Below the pieces are notes generated by a model. The model saw only the letters and a list, made by a program, of their open reading frames with translations, ran no database searches and was not told where the DNA came from. A DNA stretch of 38,340 bases, taken from NCBI RefSeq assembly GCF_001194135.2, contig NC_068983.1, positions 2,732,769 to 2,771,108 of the forward strand. Reading direction: 5' to 3'. Position 1 is the stretch's first letter. Each line of letters starts with the position of its first letter. The translations under genes and the position numbers were made by a program. The DNA comes from Octopus bimaculoides (taxonomy: Eukaryota). This document shows, piece after piece, positions 22,166 through 34,042 of this stretch.

Positions 22166-22460
22166 GATGGACTCTCTTCTGTCGAGAACAACGTCTGAGC
22201 GTTCAGCTTTTGCCGAACGATCTTCACAAATGATTTGTTTATATTGATCAACTGTATGTGCCGTATAGTAGCTCACCCGCCTCCATCAAATTGACGTTGC
22301 CTGAACAGTGTACAACGGTGCACCACGCGTCAGTTGATTGCAGAACAAAGTGAGATGAAGTGTTTTGCTCGAGAGCACAACACACCATCCGGTCTAGGAA
22401 TTGAAACCGTGATTTCACGATCGTGAGAGCAACACCCTAACCATCATGCCATGCGTCCTC
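22166..22460 (-). mobile_element. tRNA-derived SINE
   Basis: Minus strand TGGCATGATGG (A box), GGTTTCAATTCC (B box), then GTGTTGTGCTCTCGAGCAAAACACTTCATCTCAC (CORE-like). Confidence 0.75.
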
Positions 22461-23621
22461 AAATATATCAAATGATATTCGATAAAACTCGTTAAATATT
22501 GGCTAAACGTGTACAGCCAACATTAAGAATTTTGGTTTTGAAACAGACAAAGTAATTAAAGTAACGTGCCCTGTCATATAAATTAATTCTAATATAATCG
22601 TGTTAACATGACCTCTTGTCCAGTTAATAGCAAATGTCTCAGCAAAGATTGGTGTGCTAAACTGAAATTGCCAGAGGGCTGTGAACATAAGTATTTAAGC
22701 ATAACATAATTTTAACTTTAAGTAAAACAAAGAATACGTGAAGCAAAGAAACGCTATGTTTCTGTTGTTACACACTTGGTCACTGAATGATGAAGGTCAG
22801 TTAGTTGTTGAATTTTGCCAAATCATTTTCTGAAGGATCTCATTTCTGTTTCTTCGGTACATGTAAAGATCTCTTTTCATATTAACGAACCCACTTATAA
22901 TTTTTTTTATAATTTAACGAATCATCTCATTTAAAAATAATTTTCTCGTCACCAAAACAAGTTCATTCTACTTTCGAACTACAGAATGAATATATTAAAA
23001 ATCGTTTTGGAAACGCTTCTTAAAGAATTGTGCATAACTTATGGATATATATAATGTTCTCCTTCGTCTGGTGAATGTCTGTGTTAAAGATTTCTTAAAG
23101 CTGTTCAAAGACATTTCCTATGAGAACTGACATCTATTAGCAAATTTACTTCTCTTGTATTCATAATTGGAAAACCATTCTATTGTATTTTTCTCTATTG
23201 AATTTCCTTCGACATTTCACCTAAATAATGATCAACTTTTACATCTGTTCTGTGAACAGCCACACACCCATACACACCTCAACTTTTCAGCCTTTGTCTT
23301 CATCTTATAGTCTCTTTTTTCGCCTCCATTAATATCTCAAAACTCCATATAAATAAATGTATAAGTTTATTTCTCCCTAAATCGCAAAGTTCAATACAGA
23401 GTGATGCAGAAAAACCTTCCGTATATTGTATGCCTAGTAATATACCGCAAGTGAAAGTTAAGCAAACGGTGAGGGTATCTCTGTGTAGCTAATTTGGGAT
23501 TTAGCAATCGTCATCATTGAAATTTGTGTCTACCATGTTTTTGTTGCTGAAATATTTATCAAGAATAGTGAATCTTGAAGGATTTTGCCGTATCCTCTAC
23601 ATCATCTTTCCTTCTCTCATC

Positions 23622-23646
23622 TCTCTATTTAATTCTTTGGTTTCCT

Positions 23647-23717
<71 letters not shown>

Positions 23718-23775
23718 TTCTCTTCCTTTTTCGCTCACTCACTCTCCCTCTCTTTCTCGCTCTCTCTCTCTTTCA
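23622..23775. repeat. (TC)n microsatellite within a long pyrimidine-rich tract
   Basis: Directly visible. Confidence 0.95.
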
Positions 23776-24357
23776 GCATCTCCCATTCTCTCACCAATAT
23801 AATACATACCTATTTATAATCTTCGCTCTTCCTCTTCCATCGTCTTGACTCATTCGTTTCGTTTTACTATTTCACTCCATCAAGCTCTTATTCTCCCTTC
23901 CTCTTCTGCCTCTTTTCCAACACCCTTCCTTTATTCTCTTTATATCTTCCTTCTTCTTCTTTTTTTAATATTCATTCCTTCCTAGGCCTTCTTCTTTTCT
24001 CTTCTTACTTTCACTAACTCTCTCTCGTCTTTTTTTGCTTTCTACTTACTTCCATAATTTTTATTACTCAGTTTAAGTATTTTAAATGTTCAATTAAATA
24101 TTATGAGAGTTTAAGCCATCAAATCCCATCATTTTAAGCCTTGATTTCGCCAAATCTATGACGCCTTTATTTAGTCTCTCTCTTGTGTTAAAAACTTTAG
24201 AGATGTCGAAAAGCGATAATCGAAAAAGCAAAATATAAAATGTAAGGCTTAATTGATGTTGTTATTATTATTGTTGACTACTTTGACTCGTCTGACTCGT
24301 TTGACTCGTTATATCTGTGTGTATACAGGAGTATAACATATATGCATGTGTGTTTGT

Positions 24358-24397
24358 GAAGAGAGAGAGAGAGAGAGAGGGAGAGAGNNNNNNNNNN

Positions 24398-24440
<43 letters not shown>

Positions 24441-24558
24441 GAGAGAAGTGGTGTGAGAATAACTAAAGATAGAAGTCGACACATACTGTTGGACGGTTGA
24501 GCGTTGCTTAGAAGTTTAGACAGAGGTGGAGCATGTCTATGTAAGTATCTATCTATCC

Positions 24559-24642
<84 letters not shown>
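24358..24642. repeat. (GA)n at 24358-24445 and (GACA)n(GATA)n at 24559-24642
   Basis: Directly visible. Confidence 0.95.
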
Positions 24643-24906
24643 CAAAACATATGTGCATATATATATATATACGCAAAATATATACGGTAGCGAGTTTTTT
24701 AGAAATTTCACTACCAATGTATGGAAAGTCAATAGACAACACATTCTCCATATAAAATTAGTGTACATTTAAACACAATGATTATTACTTTGTATGTTAT
24801 TATAGTTCTTTTTAGTGTATTTACTTATTAAATTTTCTTATATGTGACTGGATTTTCATTGATGAGTTCATGAACTTTGGTTCTTTTCTCTAAATTATAT
24901 ATTTAC

Positions 24907-24946
<40 letters not shown>

Positions 24947-25006
24947 CATATATATACATATATACACATACATATCTATACATACATACGTACATACATA
25001 CATACA

Positions 25007-25780
25007 GGGGATGAAAAAGAGCCTTGACCTAGTTACAACATTCTCAAAGGATGTAGGGTTGGAGTTTGATCAGGATAAATGTTGTTATATGGTTGTGAAA
25101 GGGGCAAAAACTATAAACCAGACAAGTAACATCTCCGTTAATGATTTGACAGTTTCTCCTGTATCTGACGGTGAAAATATATCTTACATTGGCACCTGTA
25201 ACAAAACATGTGTCACTAAAGAATATTACAGCCTAATAAAGAAAATTTGGACCTCAGAACTCTCTGCATTTAATAAAACAGTGGCCCACAATGTGTTTGC
25301 AGTGTCAGTACTCATACGAACATTTGGGCTGCTTGATTGGACGCTTGATGAGATCCGAGCCATTGATGTGAAAACCCGAAAAACACTAACAAGCACACAA
25401 AATTTCCACATAAACTGGTGGAATGTACCAGTGAAGGCCTCAATAACATTTAAGCGCAATATACCTGATATAACGATTTGGTATAGAGAAGAGAAACTGT
25501 GCACAGTTGGGGAAATTAGTTGCCCAGCAGATGTTAACATTAAACTGAAGATCAGTGAAAACGGGAACACCTATGTTAAACTAATGAGAAACCTACAGTT
25601 GCTCTATCCAGATTACAAGTTCATGTTTATACCTGTAATTATTAGGGCCCTGGGATATGTAACACACTGCCTAAATACCAATTTTGAGAAATCGAGCTTC
25701 TCAGAACCAGAAAAGAGAAAGCTAATTCGAAGACTACAAATCCAGTCCATCACTGGAGCTGTAAAATATCTGTAAAACTT
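25007..25780 (+). mobile_element. Internally deleted, 5'-truncated R4-clade retrotransposon; 254-aa ORF (25011-25775) joining the RT C-terminus to RLE
   Basis: VTTFSKDVGLEFDQDKC (RT C-terminal), SELSAFNKTVAHNVFAVSV..FGLLDWT..EIRAIDVKTRKTLT (post-RT), then WWNVPV..RNIPDITIW..EKLCTVGEISCPAD (RLE). The catalytic YxDD region and the CCHC knuckle are absent. Confidence 0.9.
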
Positions 25781-25787
25781 ATATATA

Positions 25788-25935
25788 TCATCATCATCAT
25801 CATCATCGTTTAACGTCCGCTTTCCATGCTAGNNNNNNNNNNCTTGGCTTGCCGGGTCTTCTCACGCACAGCACATTTCCAAAGGTCTCGGTCCGTAGTC
25901 ATCGCCTCGGTGAGGCCCAATGTACGAAGGTCTTG
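25788..25935 (-). mobile_element. Interspersed repeat remnant with a (TGA)n tail, interrupting the 3' end of the RLE element
   Basis: (CAT)n-CGTTTAACGTCCGCTTTCCATGCTAG end motif followed by a gap; resembles a common octopus retroposon end (recalled, not searched). Confidence 0.45.
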
Positions 25936-26782
25936 CCTCATATATATATACATGCATATCTATCTATCTTTGTGTGTGTGTGTGTGTGTGTGAGTCTGTG
26001 TCTATGTCTGTGTGTGTGTGTGTGTCTGTGTGTGTGTCTGTGTGACTGTGTGTCTGTGTGTCTGTGTGTGTGTCTGTGTGTGTTTGTGTGTGTGTAATTG
26101 TCTTATAGATAGATAGAGACAGAGAGAGAGAGAAAAAATTGTATGCAGTTTCCCTAATTCTAACAATTTTCTTGGCTATTAACTAAAATGGCGTCATTCC
26201 TCTCCAGATATTTCAACTGGGTCTTAGTGCTAATTCCTGCTTTAATTTCTTGTTTTGCTATTTTTAAACGTTTGCATTTCGTTTATGCATTCCTTTATAT
26301 TCGAAGACGACCATTTACCATCTTGAGAATCAAAGAAGAACCTGTTATAATGCTAACTACAGCTTTCCAGTTATCGATCACGTTGTGTGTATCATACGTT
26401 TGTCTGCTGGTTTCCACTGGAAGTTCCTCTTTCTTCGACTGACACAATCTTAACCAAACGCATCACAATGCAGAATGCTTTCCAGACGAGACGCTTAAAA
26501 TTTGCATTTAGATATAGAAATGCATTATATCTTGCTTTCTGACGTCCTTGTTCTGCATGATTTATTTATTAATGTTGCTGTTGTTGTTGTTGTTGTTGTT
26601 ACTACAGCAGCTGCAGTTGCTGCTGGTGAAGTCCACGGCGTTATTTTGCCTGCTGTTTCGCTGTTGTTGGTTTAACACTCGCTGCTAAATCTGTTCAGAT
26701 TATTGTTGGTGAGTTGGAAAAATCGGTAGAGCGTCCAACAAAATACCCCTGTGTATTTGTCCCGGTGTTCTTTCGCTTCAAA

Positions 26783-26828
26783 CTCAACTTTACCCTTAAT
26801 TCTTCAAGGGTCAATAAAATAAAGTACC
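26783..26828 (+). mobile_element. Short central-domain fragment of the SINE family at 14083 and 19476
   Basis: TCAACTTTACCCTTAATTCTTCAAGGGTCAATAAAATAAAGTACC aligns with TCGACTTTGCCTTTCATCCTTTCGGGGTCGATTAAATAAGTACC. Confidence 0.55.
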
Positions 26829-27550
26829 AATCATCAAATAGAGTTCGATTACAATCGATTCTTTCGTTCTCTGAGACCGTGTATCAATCTAAGAAAGCAA
26901 TATTATTGTTGATGAAGTTTTTATCAAAATTGCTGCTGCTGCTGCTGCTGTTTAAGGAACTCTTATTGTTTGAGTTAATGGTGCTGGGAGGGGGGAAACG
27001 ATTAGGGCTCTTCTGTTATTGTGGTAGTTATGCGGCTGTTTGTGCTGTGATCACTATTATTGTTATTGTTGTAGCCTGGTTACGCCCTTGGAATGATCCA
27101 TGTAGAAACGTTTTTTCCTCCATGAAACCCGGTGAAGTCCACCCCCACACGGGGGCCTGTCTTACCTCACAACGTTGTTGCACTCAAATGCATTGGATAC
27201 ACTCTTTTGGTGCAGTAAATAAAAACGGTGGGCGGAGTCTACTCGGTCGCTCGATCTGCCAAAATTAGCAGCTGAGTCGCCCTCAGATAAGATCCATACC
27301 ATCTTTTAAAAGTGGAAAGACATATAACATTAAATAAAGTAGGGGCAGACACCATCAAATGCATGGGATTGTCACGGTTGGAATATCTTTGGCCATGGGA
27401 CTGTACAATCAGGACTGACATGGAGTTTGATAATACCATCATCATCGTTAACAGCAACAACAACAACAGTAAACTGAAACGATCGCACAGCAGCGTACAT
27501 TTCATCGTAGAAAGTTCTGTAAAAGATGCCTGTCCAAACCCCTACACACA

Positions 27551-27706
27551 CAAACACGCACACACAAACACACACACAAACACGCACACACAAACACACA
27601 CACAAACACGCACACACAAACACACACACAAACACGCACACACAAACACACACACAAACACGCACACACAAACACACACACAAACACGCACACACAAACA
27701 CACACA
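27551..27706. repeat. Six perfect copies of a 26-bp CA-derived unit CAAACACGCACACACAAACACACACA
   Basis: 26-bp period read from 27551 to 27706. Confidence 0.9.
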
Positions 27707-27825
27707 CAAACAAATGCTACAACAATAACATTATTAACCACAAACCCTGTATTGTAATTAACATTACCTATTATAACTACAGAAAATACAACTATTTATG
27801 CCATAATCCGTGTATGCATATTTCT

Positions 27826-28060
27826 TAACCTGCCTGAAACTCTCTGAAATGTTCGGATTGGAGATTTTGGCACAAATGCCGAAGCAGTACAGCATGTCGT
27901 GTCCAAATTTCTGGTAGAGTGAATTGCGTCATGGTGCTTTTTTTTCTCACAGACAGTACCCAATTGCCCCTACTATGGTGTGTAGTCGAGAAAATCAAAA
28001 ACAAACAATGTGCATGCGCGAAATAAGAAATGTAAATTGGCGACAATTTACCCTCGCACC

Positions 28061-28063
<3 letters not shown>
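27826..28063 (-). mobile_element. 5' end of a Tc1/mariner-superfamily transposon (TIR plus transposase N-terminus), truncated
   Basis: Minus strand starts TA-CAGGGTGCG at a (TA)n tract; the ATG at 27932 gives MTQFTLPEIWTRHAVLL and, after a frameshift, GICAKISNPNISESF, consistent with an HTH N-terminus. Confidence 0.65.
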
Positions 28064-28122
<59 letters not shown>

Positions 28123-28396
28123 NNNNNNNNNNNNNNNNNNNNNNNNNNNNNNNTGTGTGTGTCTGTGTGTGTGTATGTGCGTGTGTGTGTGCGTGCGTGC
28201 GTGTGTGTGCGTGCACATCGGCAACATTTGTCAATTTCTTGAGAACGGGGTGATAACCCCGAAATATTGAATACAAGGTAAGTCTACATTAATTCACATA
28301 TCTGTTTTCTTATGACTTACGTTACATTTACTTCGCATTGTTTTGGCCTTACCCACGATCTTTTATACAATATATATATATATATATACACATATG

Positions 28397-28427
<31 letters not shown>

Positions 28428-28797
28428 GTATGTGTGTGTCTGGGGAGCTGGACTGTGTACTATTGTCATATTTAACTATCTACATTCTAAACACCTATAT
28501 ACAATGTTATCTCTGTATATAAACACACATTCACGTCTGTATAGTGCCTATATAAGTGCAGACACACGCCAGTCTAGTACGTATATAAATATACACACAT
28601 GTCGGTGTAAATGTTCTTGTATATATATCTTTATGAAGATTCTTTACCGTTCGCTCTACCCACCCCATCCACTTACCTTATTTCTTCGCCTTTGACCTTT
28701 TCAACAAACCACGCTGCGATTTCTTTCTTTCTTTCTTTCTTTCTTTTTTTTTCCTTTTTCCCCCGCTGCCAACCTCCAGTTATTTTCTTCGTATGTA

Positions 28798-29018
28798 TTG
28801 GTTTGGTGCATAATTTTTGCGGCCTTTTTTTCAATAAATTCTATTCTATAAAAACAATAACAACATGTAACAAAAACATCTTTAAATGATTATTCCGGTG
28901 CATCTACTTCAATTATTGCTTCGCATTTGCTTGGAAGGCGGTCAGACCGTCATTTAAAGTTGTTTTTGTTGAATAAAATTTTTTGAAAAAAAGCCGCATT
29001 AATTATGCACCAACCCAA
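28798..29018. mobile_element. Complete mariner-derived MITE (221 bp) with TA target duplication
   Basis: TIRs TTGGTTTGGTGCATAATTTTTGCGGC and reverse complement TTGGGTTGGTGCATAATTAATGCGGC resemble the mariner TIR TTAGGTTGGTGCAAAAGTAATTGCGG; TA at 28796-97 and 29019-20. Confidence 0.9.
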
Positions 29019-29368
29019 TATTTTCTCCCCAAGACCAGCACCAAATTGCCATGTAAAGGGAAGCAATTATTTATCAAGGGAGAAAACTCTTAAAGGCGGT
29101 TTAAATTGGACCCAAAGAAAACGTTACAGTCTGTCTTCAGCAAGTACAGCTCTGATCAAAGGAAGTTCAGATATAACCATCCTGTCTTTTTTGTGAGGAA
29201 TTAGTACTTTTAATACGAAGCTATAGAATACGTTTTTCTTTTGGCAAAAAGGACAGAATGTGAACTTAATCAGATCCAACCATGTAACACATCATGTTAC
29301 ATTATCAATGTTGTGTCTGTGTTAGTGGCATGTCGCATATTCTATTACATTCATACTGGTGAGACAAA

Positions 29369-29937
29369 TCTCTTGGTGAGTCGAGTAGAGAGCTGAATCC
29401 ATTTTACACTCAGAAACGTCTGTGAGACATGACTCCGCAAGCTAAATATACGCGAACACTGACCGCGGCCTTTTCCAGAACGGTTTCTATCGTTCTACAA
29501 TAATAATAATAAGGGAAGCATTGTGTATAGTGTTCAGGTGCACTACAGCTCATCAAAGGTGCACGTACAGTACATAGAATTATGTACAAAAGTCAGGAAA
29601 GCGAACAGTGTATGAGTCATGATATACATGTGTGCATGCGTATGGAGGGGGTGGGGATATTAGGTGTAGTGTTGGTGAATTTCAGGAAGCAAGGAGGTTG
29701 TAAAAGATGCAAAGTAGACATACGACTATTCGGCTGACGTCATACGTGTAGAGTCGGTTGGTGAGCCGAGAAGAGAATGGAATCCGTTTTTAACACACAG
29801 AAACAGCTGTGAGACATGATTCCGCAAGTCAGCAATACACGAACACTGGCTGCAGACTCGTCCAGAACGGTTTTCGTCGTTCTGCTCATAGATATACGAC
29901 TATTCGGCTGACGTCATTTCCATACGTGTAGAATCTA
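29369..29937 (+). repeat. Two tandem ~172-bp units with hammerhead-like motifs; unit 1 is interrupted by a LINE tail
   Basis: 29373-29497 aligns with 29758-29886, and 29715-29755 aligns with 29889-29937. Confidence 0.85.
29499..29712 (-). mobile_element. Probable 5'-truncated LINE 3' end with a (TTA)n tail
   Basis: About 214-bp insert present in tandem unit 1 and absent from unit 2; the minus strand ends GTGCACCTGAACACTATACACAATGCTTCCC(TTA)n. Confidence 0.6.
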
Positions 29938-29968
29938 TTCCAAACTATCACGAATGTTTCAGAGTCTT

Positions 29969-30166
29969 TTAGCAAACCGGACAGAATGTTTAGCGGCATT
30001 TCTTCCGGTTATTTACGTTCTGAGTTCAATTCCAGCTGAGGTCAACTTTACCTTTCATCCTTTCGGAGTTTATGAAACAAGTACCAGTTGTGCGCTGTGG
30101 TCGATCTAATCGACTTACTCACTCCCACAAAAATGTTAGTCTTATGCCGAAATTAAAAACCAATAT
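29969..30166 (+). mobile_element. tRNA-derived SINE (family of 14083), 5'-degraded
   Basis: TTCTGAGTTCAATTCC B box, GAGGTCAACTTTACCTTTCATCCTTTCGG central domain, then AAGTACCAGTTG...TAATCGACTT. Confidence 0.8.
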
Positions 30167-30559
30167 TTCAGGGATTTCAAGAAATTACCCCGATACTAAG
30201 GTTTACAAGTCCTTTTCAATATAAACGCATCACCGCGTGGAAACGTCCTCTTCGCCGTCTTCCACTATAATCTATAGAATCCAAGTGTTGAATACCGTAT
30301 GCATTACTCGACTGGCAGTGAACTGTGATCACTTGACAACATACCAGACTCTAATCACTCGACCATGGACTTTGAGTTAAAACTGCTGCTTTGTTAAAGA
30401 CAAGATTAGGGAAGTAAGTGCCTGACAAATGACAATAGCACCTGCTGATCATCCTACAATTTCTCAAGATGTCGCAACTACGGGCATATTTCCGCTTCGT
30501 CGCTCGCGCCAAAATGTTGACAGCAAACGTACCTTCAGAAAAATGGATTTTGTCTATTC

Positions 30560-31690
30560 TGCAAACAGAGAAAGAGCAGATGTCCCAATCTATAGGACAA
30601 GATACGATGTCCAGATAATTATAAATGACAGAAGCAATATATACATTAGTTACTTCTGAACATCATTTCCAGGAAAACTTCCTCCCAGGCAATTTCCTAG
30701 TGATATTATCAATTCTGCAAAATAATATCCATCTTCCCAGTTCTTATTCACTTGGTGTTCTGGCCGGAACAGGACACTGGCCTAAAAGAGTACTCTCTTC
30801 ACTTACTCAGCATCTATTTGGAAACCATTTCAGTAATGATCGTTTTGTCTGCTCCAATGGCACACACTGCTGTACATTAAAACGATCCACCATCGAAAAC
30901 ATCCTAAGTCGGCTGCACTTCGGACAACGACCAAATTATAATAATTGACCTTATGGAAATCTTTAGATGGATTCATGTGTTATTTAGAGGTTCGAAATTA
31001 CTGCTAAGTCAAGGTACTGCTTGGTACATTTTATTTGGCCTCTACTACGAACAGAAGGCCATCAGATGGTTGGTGCTATCACATATAGAGAAAACGGACC
31101 TTCTAACGACTACCATACGTTCAGTTGAGTGAGTATGGTCAGGGATCTTGTCTAAGTGTTCCTGTTCTGTCCTGGAAAAGTTTTTTTTTCTCGGTTCTTC
31201 ATAACCAGGATTGTACTTTTTGCTTCTAGAAAAACGCATATTACCAGCAATCATATATTCAACTCTGGTGACACATCAACCAGTTTGCCATTGCCCCTCG
31301 CCGTTCATGTATCTCACAGTGAGGATAAATTACCAATTCATTCACGAGACAAAAGAGCTCCTGTACGCGAGAGCTTCTAAAGATCGTACCTCCTCCGACC
31401 CTCATTGATGAGTGCGAGTGAAGACTTGCGTTTCTCTTCAAGTACTTCTCTACCAGGCTGTGTGGTTTTTTGCACCACCGGCTTTTAGTTGTCACACATC
31501 CCTAAAACGCTAACCTTTGGGGCTTCCTTCATGTCTTTTAGGCGTAGGCTAATAAGCATTCTTTTCTTATATCCTGACGTACCTCGATGCCAGACGTATT
31601 TATTCGTTTCTCTCCTAGACACACGTATATACAGTGCCATCAGCATCAGATGTCTGGCAAAGAAGACTGCTCAGAAATGACTTACTGGAA
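30560..31690 (+). mobile_element. Possible heavily decayed Penelope-like element
   Basis: Only weak remnants: RQFPSDIINSA (compare RGYP..II..A), IIYSTLVTHQP (compare IF.LGTL.P) and a hammerhead-like hairpin at 31405-31445 in the expected 3' position. Confidence 0.3.
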
Positions 31691-32100
31691 AATTTTCTCC
31701 TATAATTATGCCGACTTCACCTGCTTAATCAATGACGGCCATATTTCTTGTTATAAATAAGATAAATAGATTTTACTTACCAAGCTATCGTTATTCAAAG
31801 CGAATTACAAAATATGTCTTACAGCATGTGGAATTTCGCTTTAACAATTAACGTTGGTACTGATCATCCATTGAATTTACAAATTGGAATAAATAAAAGA
31901 TACACAATGTGACAGAAAGGAATTGAATTCATCGACAGAGAAATGGTTTCAATATTTGTTTTAATTAATCAAAAGATCTCCTTACATCTGTTGGGAGAAT
32001 TTGCATTGAAAAGTAACAGCAAACGAGAGTTAAAAGAACTGGAGGAGGACAATTATACATCGAGCTCTCTACTTTTCTCTACAACTTTTCACTTATATTT

Positions 32101-32158
<58 letters not shown>

Positions 32159-33439
32159 TTTCCTTTCAAAATCCTATAAAATCTCCCACTCAATCGTTCA
32201 CTCTCTCATTTTCCCTTCTCTCTGTTTTATTACATATCTGTTTATCTATTCATATATCGTCTTATATAAAACAGGTGTGTGTATACTTCCAAACGTATAT
32301 GTATGTACATGCATATATAAACGTATATTTTCACGTATATATACATATACATATACATACATATATATGTATGTATGTATATATATATATATATGTATGA
32401 ATGTATGTATGTGTATTTATGTATGTATATACACGCATAAATATATACATTCCTACATACATATATATATTTTCATATATGAGTGGGGGTGGAGAGTACA
32501 TATATGCATTTCAGTAGCGTATGTATGTATCTGTGAATATGTATCTGTGTGCGTTGCGGGGTGGGTGGGGTTTAATGTAAACTGGTTTCTAAATGGAATC
32601 CTGTACTACGATAAAAACTTTATTTAGAGTACACACAAACTCTCTATTTTTAAAGTACACACAAGCAACCATTTTCTCTTGCCACATATTTTCACAAATA
32701 AAGAATTTTTTAAAAATGTGAAAAAAATCAGAATAAATTTTCAATTATTTAAAAGCCTCTAATCTTAATGAAATTCTCATTTCCCTTTCTTTTTTTATTA
32801 GTTTTTTTATTTCTTTTTATTTGTTCTTTATTTTTTATTTTTTATTTCTTTATTTTTTCTATATGTTGGAGGGCATATGTTTTCTGAGTTTTCTTTATGT
32901 TTTGTAAAATATAAATTAATAAAATATCAATATAACTTCAACAACTTTTTTTTTCATCTTTTTTTTTTTCTATTTTTGATTCCATTTTCAACAGAAATGT
33001 TTTGCATAAGATATGTTGGCTGAAGTAACAATCCAAAATGAAGAACGTCATTCTTCTTCGAGAAAAGATAACTTTACAAAACCATTCAGTGTCCTTATAA
33101 AAGAACCGCGTTTCGGGTGGACAGCAAATGGAATAAGGATCCAAAAGATAGAGGAGTACAAACATTGGGTATGGTGATTGAAGACTGAGCGAGAAGCTCG
33201 GGAGTTCGTTTTAATAATTCTATAATGGAATTATCGATCTGACTGATCATTTCCTTTCCTTTCACCGTGTGACTAAGGAGACTACTACGTCAACTTCCAA
33301 ATCACCGACGAGCCATCATAGTCCACGGAAAACTCAACACTAAATTGGATAACTGACGCACTGCAAGATTAAACTGTCAATACCAATTCTACATACATAC
33401 TTATTTATACGCTTATGTGTACATTAGTATAAAATGTAC

Positions 33440-33988
33440 AGACTGGAGGACACATGCCCTCAGCCGCTTCAACTATTGCTCCCAACTATGGTCACCACAC
33501 AGCATAAAATTAACAGCGGAACTCGAAGCAATCCAACGAAGCTACACTAAGAAAATCTTTTAAATGCAACGTTTCAACTACTGGAGAAAGGCTGAAAGAG
33601 TTTAAAAAATCTTCTCCCTAGAACGAAGACGGAAAAGATATGCAATGATATACATCTGGAAAATCTTGGAAGGCCTTGTAACAAACTTTGGCATTGAAAG
33701 CTACACAAACAGCAGGACGGAGAGCCAGTGCATAATGCCTAAGATCCCACATTTGTCATCAAAATACAGGACCAGATACTGTAGCAGCTTAGGTTTCAAG
33801 GTCCCGCAGCTCTTCAATATCCTTCCAAAATACCCGAGAGACCTGCATGGATGTAGGAGTCTTCAAAACAAAACAGAATCTCCATCCTATCAAGAGTCCC
33901 AGGTTTCAAATAATGGAGGTGTAGCACAGCCAACAGTGGTGCTCTAGCATGACCACAGCTTTAAAGCTGAAACATGTTAAAGAGTTAT
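33440..33988 (+). mobile_element. CR1/L2-group LINE 3' fragment (post-RT region plus 3' tail), decayed
   Basis: Translates SRFNYCSQLWSPHSIKLTAELEAIQRSYTKKI, then SLERRRKRYAMIYIWKILEGLVTNFGI...SLGFKVPQLFNILP with frameshifts; tail GGTGCTCTAGCATGACCACAG...CTGAAAC at 33936-33973. Confidence 0.85.
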
Positions 33989-33993
33989 ACATA

Positions 33994-34042
<49 letters not shown>

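Noticed and set aside
26290-26445. Possible minus-strand coding exon (QSKKEELPVETSRQ...)
   Set aside because: Weak acceptor, no recognisable homology and no partner exons.
26714-27268. 184-aa ORF
   Set aside because: It runs through a SINE fragment and (CTG)n/(TTG)n tracts; no recognisable domain.
8209-29916. Four TGACGTCA (CRE) palindromes at 8209, 13454, 29735 and 29909
   Set aside because: Two come from one tandem duplication; the rest are scattered without promoter context.
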